The notes under the pieces are model-generated. The model saw only the letters and a list, made by a program, of their open reading frames with translations. It had not been told where the DNA came from and searched no databases. The position numbers were made by a program, and so were the translations under genes. Shown piece after piece: positions 7,451 through 15,964 of a stretch of DNA of 64,000 bases (positions are counted from its first letter, which is position 1; each line of letters starts with the position of its first letter). This DNA comes from Bacteroidia bacterium (GTDB lineage: Bacteria; Bacteroidota; Bacteroidia; NS11-12g; UBA955): positions 13,176 to 77,175 of the forward strand of contig JBILJV010000002.1 of the NCBI GenBank assembly GCA_044377005.1, read 5' to 3'.

Positions 7451-10347
7451 TTAAGCTTGAGCGCCTTCTTGAACATATGCTTCAATTGGCAAACAAGCAC
7501 AAATTAAATTTCTATCTCCATGGGTGTTATTAACACGAGCCACACTTGGCCAGAATTTTTTAGCTACAACAAACGGAAGAGGGAATGCTGCTTTTTCACG
7601 ACTGTATGAATGATTCCAAGTGTTGTTACAAATTTCTGTAGATGTATGTGGAGCATTTTTCAATACATTGTCCATTTTATCAACGGTTCCATTTTCTATT
7701 TCGCTAACTTCATTACGAATCGCAATCATGGTATCGCAGAATCTATCTAACTCAGACAAGCTTTCACTTTCGGTTGGCTCAATCATCAACGTTCCTGCTA
7801 CTGGGAAAGAAAGCGTAGGAGCGTGGTAACCATAATCCATTAATCTTTTTGCTAAATCTTCTGCTTCAATACCTGCACTGTTTTTTAGAGAACGTGTGTC
7901 CAAAATCATTTCGTGAGCACAGAATCCGTTTTCACCTGTGAACATAATTGGGTAATGTTGTTCTAATCTTGATTTGATGTAGTTAGCGTTTAAAATCGCA
8001 ATTTCAGTTGCTCTTTTTAATCCATCTGCACCCATTAACTTAATGTAAACATACGAAATTAATAAGATACTTGCACTGCCATAAGGAGCCGCAGATATCG
8101 CAGAAATAGCTTTTTCTCCACCCGTTTTTACAACAGCATGTCCTGGTAAATATGGTTTCAAATGTTCAGCAACTCCAATTGGTCCCATACCGGGTCCACC
8201 ACCACCGTGAGGTATACAGAAAGTTTTGTGTAAATTTAAGTGACAAACATCTGCACCAATCAATCCCGGACTAGTTAATCCTACTTGTGCATTCATGTTT
8301 GCTCCATCCATATAAACCTGACCGCCATGTTGGTGAATGATGTCTGTAATGGTTTTAATGCCAGATTCATAAACACCATAAGTGGAAGGGTAAGTAACCA
8401 TAAAGGCAGCTAAATCATTAGAATATTGGGCCGCTTTTTCTTTTAGTCTTCAATGTCAATGTTGCCATTTTCAAGATTTTTTACAATCACGATTTTCATT
8501 CCCGCCATGGCTGCACTTGCAGGATTAGTACCGTGAGCCGATTCAGGAATCAAAGCAATGTTACGATGACCTTGACCAATGTCTTTTAAATAAGCTCTGA
8601 TAACCATTAATCCTGCATATTCACCTTGTGCCCCAGCATTTGGTTGAAGACTCATTCCCGCAAATCCAGTAATTTCTTGTAAATCTGCAGAAAGTTCGTT
8701 TATCATTTCTAAGTAACCTTCAGTTTGGTCTGCTGGTACAAATGGATGAATTTGGTTAAATTCAGGCCAAGTAACAGGAATCATCTCAGTAGTTGCGTTC
8801 AATTTCATAGTACAACTACCCAAGGAAATCATGCTATGACACAATGATAAATCTTTTGATTCTAATCCTTTAATGTATCTTAACATTTCATGTTCACTGT
8901 GGTAATTGTTAAACACAGGGTGAGTCATGTAATTAGAAACTCTTATGAATTTTGAAGGCCAAGTTAATTCTTGATTGTTTGACCAATCGTTTAATTGAGC
9001 TAATTGAATCTCTTTTTGATTAATGCCTGCAAATATTTTAACGATTGCGGCAACATCATTCAAATCACTGGTTTCATCTAACGAAATACCAATATGATCA
9101 TTTTCGAAATATCTGAAATTGATTTCATGTTGTAAAGCCAATGTTTTAATGGCTTCTGTATGGCCATTGCTATCAATTAATAAAGTATCAAAGTAATTTG
9201 AATTTAATTGTTTAAATCCTAAATGTGTGATAGCCTGTTCTAATGTTTTCGTTAAGCCATGGATTTTAGAAGAGATACGTTTCAATCCGTCAGGTCCGTG
9301 ATATGTACCAAACATACCAGCCATTATTGACAACAATACTTGAGCTGTACAAATATTTGAAGTAGCATTTTGTCTGCGAATGTGTTGTTCTCTGGTTTGT
9401 AAAGCCATACGTAATGCTCTGTTACCATGTCTGTCCACACTTACACCGATGATTCTACCAGGAATCTGTCTTTTGTATTCATCTTTGGTAGCAAAAAAAC
9501 CTGCATGAGGTCCACCAAAACCTAGAGGAATACCAAATCGTTGAGAAGTGCCAATAACACAATCTGCACCCCATTCACCCGGAGGTGTTAATAAAGTCAA
9601 TGCCATTAAATCAGAACCTACGCATAATTTAATACCCATTTGTTTCAATTTGGCAGCAAATTCAGTATAATCTTCGATTTGACCTTCATTGTTTGGATAT
9701 TGAATGTAAGCGCCGAAGAAATTCTCGTCAAGTTGAATGGTTTTGTAGTCGCCTTTTACCAATTCAATCCCCATTGGTTCAGATCTGGTTAATAGGACAT
9801 CATATGTTTGAGGGAAAACACTGTTGTCTACAAAGAATTTGGTAGCATGGTCGCTTTTATGAACGCTTCTTAGCATAGCCATGGCTTCCGCAGCAGCAGT
9901 TCCTTCGTCAAGCAAACTTGCATTAGCTATTGGTAACCCAGTAAGATCGATGATCATGGTTTGGAAATTCAATAGGGCTTCCAAACGACCTTGTGCTATC
10001 TCAGCTTGATAAGGAGTATATTGCGTGTACCATCCTGGGTTTTCCATGATATTTCGCAAAATCACCCCTGGCGTATAGCAATTGTAGTAGCCCATTCCAA
10101 TAAAAGATTTGTAGTTTTTATTCTTGGAGGCAATTTTCTTTAAGTTTTTTAATAAGTCTTGCTCGCTTACTGCTTCACTCACTTTTAGGGAGTGTTGCAT
10201 GCGAATAACCGATGGAACCGTCTTGTTTATTAATTCATCAACAGAATATGTGCCAATGGTTTTAAGCATTTTTTCTAAATCTTCTTGCGCAACAATACCG
10301 TTGTGTCTGTTAGCAAATTGGTCAGTTTGACCTGTAAATAATTTCAT
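7451..10347 (-). pseudogene. gcvP: Glycine dehydrogenase (decarboxylating), glycine-cleavage P protein, interrupted by a 1-nt frameshift at about 8443-8449
   Basis: ORF 8443..10419 is the N-terminal ~635 aa, with the likely true start at ATG 10347 (MKLFTGQTDQFANRHNG). ORF 7451..8401 is the C-terminal part ([12 protein letters not shown]...[18 protein letters not shown]). The C-terminal frame stays open upstream to 8449 and reads [15 protein letters not shown], which is contiguous with the N-terminal part. Confidence 0.85.
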
Positions 10348-10374
10348 TAAAATAGAGGTTTTAAAATTGTGGTG

Positions 10375-10382
10375 CAAATCTA
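10375..10382 (-). promoter_or_regulatory. -7 promoter box TAGATTTG (gcvP)
   Basis: Matches TAnnTTTG on the minus strand, 27 nt upstream of ATG 10347. It lies inside the ORF-track N-terminal extension, which supports the shorter start. Confidence 0.45.
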
Positions 10383-10626
10383 ACAAAAAAATAAAGTAAT
10401 TTGTTTCAGAATTTGGCATTTTAAAAAAGTTATTCCCAAAATATTCATAATCAATTGTTCTTCTTAAATTTGAATATAAAAAATAATGATTATATAGGCT
10501 TGTTTATAATAGACTTAGCGCTTTTAAAACTTATTTTGATTCTTATTTTTGGTGATTTTTCTGTGAAAAACTTTGCTTGTATTGATAAAATGTAAATTAG
10601 CATTTTTTTGACATTAAAATAATACA

Positions 10627-10634
10627 TATTTTTG
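10627..10634 (+). promoter_or_regulatory. -7 promoter box TATTTTTG (E2 gene)
   Basis: Matches TAnnTTTG, 17 nt upstream of ATG 10652. Confidence 0.5.
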
Positions 10635-10651
10635 CGGTTTACATAATAAAT

Positions 10652-11986
10652 ATGGCTCAATTTGAACTGATAATGCCTAAGATGGGCGAAAGTATTGCTG
10701 AAGCGACAATAACAAAGTGGTTAAAAAACGAAGGAGATACCATCAAATTAGATGAAGCAGTGGTTGAAATAGCGACAGATAAAGTGGATTCTGAAGTGCC
10801 ATCAACTAATGAAGGTGTCCTTGTAAAAAAGCTTTGGAATGAAGGAGATGTAGTGCCTGTTGGTGCTGCCATAGCTCTTATAAGTTCTGATGCAAGTCAA
10901 ATTGCTACTCCTGTGGCACAAGCACCAAAAGAAGTGGTTCAAGAGGCTGTAAAACAAGTAGAACAAATGGTTCAAAACGCAGCATCAACAGTTGCTGTTC
11001 AATCAATTTCGAATAACGGTTCTAGATTCTATTCACCATTGGTATTGAATATTGCCAAAACAGAAGGAATTGGTATGGCTGAGTTGGAAAATATTCCTGG
11101 AAGTGGAAAAGACAATCGTTTAACCAAAGCTGATATTATTAAATACATAGAAGGTGGACGCACTGCAGCGGTTCAAATTTCAACCAATCAATCTTCTACT
11201 CCAGTTGTCTCTACAGTATCTGAAATCCCAAAAACAGAAGTTGCAAAACCTACAGCCTCTAAAGTAACCATGATGGCAGGAGATGAGATAATAGAAATGG
11301 ATAGAATGCGTAAATTAATTGCAGACCACATGGTGATGAGTAAAGCTACAAGTCCGCACGTTACCTCATTTGTTGAAGTAGATGTTACCAATTTGGTGAT
11401 GTGGAGAGAAAAAATAAAGTCTAAATTTGAGAAAAAAGAAGGTGAGAAAATTACCTTTACGCCAATATTCATAGAAGCGGTTGTTAAAGCAATCAAAGAT
11501 TTCCCAATGATTAATATTTCTCTAGATGGACAAAATATCATTAAAAGAAAAAATATCAATATTGGTATGGCTGCGGCATTGCCTTCAGGAAACTTAATTG
11601 TTCCTGTTATTAAAAATGCAGATACCAAAAACTTATTAGGTTTGGTTAAAGATGTAAACGACTTGGCAAAAAGAGCCCGTGAAAACAAATTGGCTCCAGA
11701 TGACATTCAAGGGGGTACATACACCATTACCAATGTTGGAACATTTGGAAATGTAATGGGAACTCCTATTATTAACCAACCTCAAGTGGCTATTTTAGCA
11801 ATAGGTACTATTAAGAAAAAACCTGCAGTAATTGAAACCGAATATGGGGATGTTATTGCTATAAGACACATGATGTTCTTAAGTCATAGTTATGACCACC
11901 GTGTAGTTGATGGTGCCTTAGGAGGTTCTTTTGTTCGACGTGTTGCTGACTATTTGGAGCAATGGGATGTAAACAGAGAAATTTAA
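10652..11986 (+). CDS. 2-oxoacid dehydrogenase complex E2 component (dihydrolipoamide acyltransferase)
   Basis: Lipoyl domain (EIATDKVDSEVPS), E3-binding domain (SPLVLNIAKTEGI), and catalytic domain with LSHSYDHRVVDG. No E1 or E3 gene is adjacent, so substrate specificity is not assignable. Confidence 0.92.
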   Translation: MAQFELIMPKMGESIAEATITKWLKNEGDTIKLDEAVVEIATDKVDSEVPSTNEGVLVKKLWNEGDVVPVGAAIALISSDASQIATPVAQAPKEVVQEAVKQVEQMVQNAASTVAVQSISNNGSRFYSPLVLNIAKTEGIGMAELENIPGSGKDNRLTKADIIKYIEGGRTAAVQISTNQSSTPVVSTVSEIPKTEVAKPTASKVTMMAGDEIIEMDRMRKLIADHMVMSKATSPHVTSFVEVDVTNLVMWREKIKSKFEKKEGEKITFTPIFIEAVVKAIKDFPMINISLDGQNIIKRKNINIGMAAALPSGNLIVPVIKNADTKNLLGLVKDVNDLAKRARENKLAPDDIQGGTYTITNVGTFGNVMGTPIINQPQVAILAIGTIKKKPAVIETEYGDVIAIRHMMFLSHSYDHRVVDGALGGSFVRRVADYLEQWDVNREI

Positions 11987-12078
11987 GCTATTTTATAGTT
12001 TTTTTAAATATTGCAATTATTTTACAAATAAATAGTCATAAATAAACAAATTTGTGACTATTATTGTACTATATATAT

Positions 12079-12462
12079 ATGAAAAGTAATATTGTAACAT
12101 TTTCGTACCTAAGCCTTATATTCCTTTTATTTTTCTATTCATGTAAAAAAGACAGCGCTGATGTTATGTTTCCAGATAATGGGAATTGTGAAACAATTAA
12201 TATGAAGTTTTCTACTGACATTAAGCCAATATTAGACAATTCATGTGCATTTGCCGGTTGCCATTCTACAGATACAAAAGCAGCTGGATACGCTTATCAA
12301 ACGCACGAAGAAGTGCTTTTGTCTGTCAATAATGGTCTATTGTTGGGCGCAATTAAACACCAGTCTGGCTTCAGTGCCATGCCCAAAGGGGGTTCTAAAC
12401 TTAGTAATTGTCAAATCAGTAAAATTGAGTCTTGGATTAATAGCGGTGCTCCAAATAATTAA
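12079..12462 (+). CDS. Lipoprotein with a planctomycete-cytochrome-c-like (PSCyt-type) domain carrying CX4CH instead of CXXCH (hypothetical)
   Basis: Lipobox LFFYSC. Motif IKPILDNSCAFAGCH...MPKGGSKLSNCQISKIESWINSGAPNN. I chose the start at ATG 12079 rather than the TTG at 12064. Confidence 0.6.
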   Translation: MKSNIVTFSYLSLIFLLFFYSCKKDSADVMFPDNGNCETINMKFSTDIKPILDNSCAFAGCHSTDTKAAGYAYQTHEEVLLSVNNGLLLGAIKHQSGFSAMPKGGSKLSNCQISKIESWINSGAPNN

Positions 12463-12470
12463 ATTATAAA

Positions 12471-12899
12471 ATGAAAAAAATACTAATTGCTATTGTTTTA
12501 CTAGTTATTGTAGTAGTTTCTGCATACTTCTACAGTGTAGCCTCTAAACATCCTGATCCCTTAAAATCGGACAATTATATTGCTGTTTCTTCTGTTCAAT
12601 TGTATGCTGATTTTGAAAAAGACGAAGTGGCAGCAACAAAAAAATATGCAGATAAAACATTAAAAGTAGAAGGAATAGTAACAAAAATTGAACTTAATGA
12701 TGAACGTTACACTTTGTATTTAAAAACAAACAGTGAAATGGGTAATGTGATTTGTGAAATGAATGTTTCTGAAAACGAAAAATTATTACCAATGATTAGT
12801 AAACCCAAACAAATAGAAGTTTATGGTACTTGTAATGGCTTTTTAATGGATGTTCAAATGAACAAATGTAAACTTGGCAAAATTATTGATATTAAATAA
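12471..12899 (+). CDS. Membrane-anchored OB-fold protein (tRNA_anti-like family)
   Basis: N-terminal TM segment, then SSVQLYADFEKDEVAATKKYADKTLKVEGIV, which is typical of this family. It starts 8 nt after the previous gene. Confidence 0.65.
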   Translation: MKKILIAIVLLVIVVVSAYFYSVASKHPDPLKSDNYIAVSSVQLYADFEKDEVAATKKYADKTLKVEGIVTKIELNDERYTLYLKTNSEMGNVICEMNVSENEKLLPMISKPKQIEVYGTCNGFLMDVQMNKCKLGKIIDIK

Positions 12900-12901
12900 A
12901 C

Positions 12902-13459
12902 ATGATGAAACTAAAAAATGTAACCTTTTTTCTTTTATGTTTTGCTTTGACTTTTTCAATGCAAGCTCAAACTTATTATACAAAAACAGGCACTATTAAG
13001 TTTGAGTCAAAAACCAAATTAGAAGATATTAAAGCTGAAAACAGAAAAGTATTGAGTGTTTTAAATACTTCAACAGGAGCCTTGACTTTTACTCTTTTAA
13101 TGAAAGCGTTTGATTTCCCTAACAAAATAATGCAAGACCATTTCAATGAGTCCTATGCTGAAAGTGACTTGTATCCTAAAGCTTCATTTGCAGGTTCTAT
13201 TTCTAATATCAAACAAATTGATTTAACTAAAAATGGAACATATACCGCAAATTTTACAGGGCAATTAACCATTAAAAATGTGACAAAAACCATAAGCAAC
13301 CAAGCCAACATTGTAATTAAAGACGGAAAAATATCAGCAACATCAAAAATAAAAGTTAAACCAGCGGATTATAATTTTAAGATTCCTGCACCTGTTGTTG
13401 GTAAAATAGCGGATGAATTGGATGTTTTTATTCAATTAAATTACGAACCAAAAAAGTAA
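12902..13459 (+). CDS. YceI-family periplasmic (polyisoprenoid-binding-like) protein
   Basis: Signal peptide, size, and the pattern ...IKFESKTKLEDIKAENRKV...FTGQLTIKNVTK... Confidence 0.75.
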   Translation: MMKLKNVTFFLLCFALTFSMQAQTYYTKTGTIKFESKTKLEDIKAENRKVLSVLNTSTGALTFTLLMKAFDFPNKIMQDHFNESYAESDLYPKASFAGSISNIKQIDLTKNGTYTANFTGQLTIKNVTKTISNQANIVIKDGKISATSKIKVKPADYNFKIPAPVVGKIADELDVFIQLNYEPKK

Positions 13460-13460
13460 A

Positions 13461-14399
13461 ATGAAACTAATTGTCACCATTTTCTCTTTATTAATTACAA
13501 TAGCCACACCCTTGTGGTCTCAAATTGATACTACTAAGCTTAAATCGGTTTCTACAACTCCAGGTTTGGTTGGCGATACCTCGTCCTTGCTTCCTGATAT
13601 CGATATCATAGAATTTGACCAACCAGATTTTGTAAATAGCACTTTCAAGGGTAATAGAATAATTAATTCACAAAGCATTGAAATGATGGGTAAACAAAAC
13701 TTGGATTTTAGAATTAGTCACCGTTTTGGGGCTATCAATTCTGGGGCTTATGATTTGTTTGGTTTAGACCAAGCTTATCAAAGAATGAGTTTTACCTATG
13801 GAATTAGTGATTTGGTAAATATAGAAATTGGTCGTAGTTCGGTTAATAAAGTGTATGATGGTACCATAAAGTTTAAATTAATGCGTCAGGTTATCAAAGA
13901 CAAAAAACGCCCTGTTAGTATGGTTTTTTTATCCAATATTGCTGTAAATACCATTAAAATTTCAGATCCTAATCAAACACCTTATCCTTTCACTAACAGA
14001 TTGTTTTATACCCATCAGTTGTTAATTGCACGAAAGTTTAACAAACATTTTTCTTTACAATTGATGCCAACTGTGCTTCACCGAAATTTTATTGAAAATT
14101 CACAATATAAAAACACAACTTTTAATTTGGGAATAGGAGGACGAAATAAAATAAGCAAGAAAACTGCAATCACTTACGAATATTTTTATGTATTTCCTAA
14201 TCAAATTAATGAGGTTAATAAGAACTCATTATCTTTGGGTGTAGACATAGAAACAGGAGGGCATGTGTTTCAGTTGCATTTAACAAACAGTTTGGGTATG
14301 AACGAATTTTTATTTCTAAACGAAACAAATGGCGATTGGCTGAAAGGTGGAATTCATTTTGGATTCAATATTTCAAGGGTGTTTTATATCGGTAGATAA
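13461..14399 (+). CDS. Putative outer-membrane beta-barrel protein (DUF5777-like, hypothetical)
   Basis: Signal peptide, alternating amphipathic strands, and a C-terminal aromatic end (FNISRVFYIGR). It starts 1 nt after yceI. Confidence 0.6.
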   Translation: MKLIVTIFSLLITIATPLWSQIDTTKLKSVSTTPGLVGDTSSLLPDIDIIEFDQPDFVNSTFKGNRIINSQSIEMMGKQNLDFRISHRFGAINSGAYDLFGLDQAYQRMSFTYGISDLVNIEIGRSSVNKVYDGTIKFKLMRQVIKDKKRPVSMVFLSNIAVNTIKISDPNQTPYPFTNRLFYTHQLLIARKFNKHFSLQLMPTVLHRNFIENSQYKNTTFNLGIGGRNKISKKTAITYEYFYVFPNQINEVNKNSLSLGVDIETGGHVFQLHLTNSLGMNEFLFLNETNGDWLKGGIHFGFNISRVFYIGR

Positions 14400-14473
14400 G
14401 CACATTGTTTTAAATAATATACAGCTTGGTTCTCTTGTTCAAAACTCAAACAACATAAGTATTATACATCACT

Positions 14474-14481
14474 TATCTTTG
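14474..14481 (+). promoter_or_regulatory. -7 promoter box TATCTTTG
   Basis: Matches TAnnTTTG, only 4 nt upstream of ATG 14486. Confidence 0.45.
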
Positions 14482-14485
14482 ATAA

Positions 14486-15478
14486 ATGAATAATTTTTCA
14501 AAAGTAGTATTATTAAGTTTTACTTTGGTAGCCTGTGTGCCTCAAAGAAAGTTTGATGAATTGCAATTCAAATTTGATGAATGTCAAGTTTCCAAAAAAG
14601 AATGCAACGATCAATTAACTTCTTCTCAATCGGCAAATGAAAAGTGCAATGAAAATAACAAATCTTTAAAAACCAGAGTTTTAAGTCTTCAAGCAGATTC
14701 ATTAGAATGCTTTAATGCTCTGGAGCGAACTCAGAAACTTTACCAACAATCTGAATCTACGTCTCAAAAAATTATAGACAACAATCGTTATGAAAACGAG
14801 AAGTTAGCAAGGGAATTAAATGCCAAAAATGAAGCGTTAAAAAGTAAAGAAAGTGAATTGAATGACAAGGAAGCTGCATTAATGTTGGTACAAAATAAGA
14901 ACAGAGATTTATCAAGCACTTTGTCACAAACAGAACAAGATTTAAAAAAACGTGAATTGAGAGTCGCTGAATTGGAAGCAAAATTAAGAGCAAAAGATAG
15001 CGCAGTAAACGCTCTAAAAGCAAATATACAAAAAGCATTATTGGGGTTTCAAAACCAAGGTTTGTCAGTGGAAATTAAAAATGGCAAAGTGTATGTGAGT
15101 ATGGAAGAAAAATTATTATTCAAGTCGGGAAGTATAGACGTTGATCCCAAAGGAGTTTCGGCATTATTGGAACTATCAAAAGCGCTCAACCAAAACGCTG
15201 ATGTTTCAATTCTAGTAGAAGGTCACACCGATAATGTGCCAATGAAATCGCCTACTATCAAAGATAATTTAGATTTAAGTGTATTGAGAGCAACTTCAAT
15301 AGCACGAATAATTACAAGTCAAGGTAGTGTTGATCCAACAAGAGTGATGTCTGCCGGAAGAGGTGAGCACTATCCAATTGATACCGCCAATACCCCTGAA
15401 GCAAGGGCTAAAAACAGAAGAACTGAAATCATTCTTACACCTAAATTAGATGAATTGTTCTCTATCCTTGGGAATTAA
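14486..15478 (+). CDS. OmpA/MotB-family peptidoglycan-binding protein with an N-terminal coiled coil
   Basis: Long heptad-rich N-terminal half. C-terminal OmpA domain VEGHTDNVP...LSVLRATSIARII...NRRTEIIL. Confidence 0.85.
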   Translation: MNNFSKVVLLSFTLVACVPQRKFDELQFKFDECQVSKKECNDQLTSSQSANEKCNENNKSLKTRVLSLQADSLECFNALERTQKLYQQSESTSQKIIDNNRYENEKLARELNAKNEALKSKESELNDKEAALMLVQNKNRDLSSTLSQTEQDLKKRELRVAELEAKLRAKDSAVNALKANIQKALLGFQNQGLSVEIKNGKVYVSMEEKLLFKSGSIDVDPKGVSALLELSKALNQNADVSILVEGHTDNVPMKSPTIKDNLDLSVLRATSIARIITSQGSVDPTRVMSAGRGEHYPIDTANTPEARAKNRRTEIILTPKLDELFSILGN

Positions 15479-15484
15479 TCTAAA

Positions 15485-15952
15485 ATGGTTCATGTGAAAT
15501 TAATAGTCATTGGTAAAACCAATGAGAACTATGTGAAGGAAGCAATAGAAAAGTATAAATTGCTTTTAAGTAAATATTGTAAGTTTGAGTTAATTGAAAT
15601 TCAAGATGTTAAGAATGGGAACAAACTTCCGTCAGAGAAACTAAAAGTGGCAGAATCGGAATTATTACAAACCTATATCAATCAAAAATCTATTACTGTT
15701 TTATTGGATGAAAAAGGTAAGAAAATGAGCTCAGAAGAGTTCGCAACATTTTACCAAAAACAAACAATATTGTCTTCAAAAATCAATTTCATTATTGGCG
15801 GATCTTACGGATTTACAGAACAATTAAAGCATGAAAGTTTATGTATCTCATTGTCATCTATGACCTTCAATCACCAAATGGTTCGACCAATTTTAATGGA
15901 ACAAGTTTTTAGAGCATACACTATAATTCACCAAACGGGATACCACCACTAA
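15485..15952 (+). CDS. rlmH: 23S rRNA (pseudouridine1915-N3)-methyltransferase
   Basis: 155-aa SPOUT protein: IGKTNENYVKEAIEKY...IIGGSYGF...MTFNHQMVR. Confidence 0.85.
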   Translation: MVHVKLIVIGKTNENYVKEAIEKYKLLLSKYCKFELIEIQDVKNGNKLPSEKLKVAESELLQTYINQKSITVLLDEKGKKMSSEEFATFYQKQTILSSKINFIIGGSYGFTEQLKHESLCISLSSMTFNHQMVRPILMEQVFRAYTIIHQTGYHH

Positions 15953-15964
15953 AGTTAGGAGTTA

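Noticed and set aside
8437-8455. Programmed -1 ribosomal frameshifting in gcvP.
   Set aside because: There is no slippery heptamer at the only possible shift interval and no obvious downstream stimulatory structure. A mutation or sequencing error is the simpler explanation.
10348-10651. A glycine riboswitch upstream of gcvP.
   Set aside because: The minus-strand leader is only about 27 nt after the candidate -7 box, and the region lacks the GGAGAG...CACCGAAGGGGCAA-type core.
12245-12469. Small internal or overlapping ORFs: 12245..12469, 36992..37291, 38108..38332, 41191..41394, 53435..53812 and 48888..49070.
   Set aside because: They are out-of-frame overlaps with better-supported genes, and I see no independent signals or motifs.
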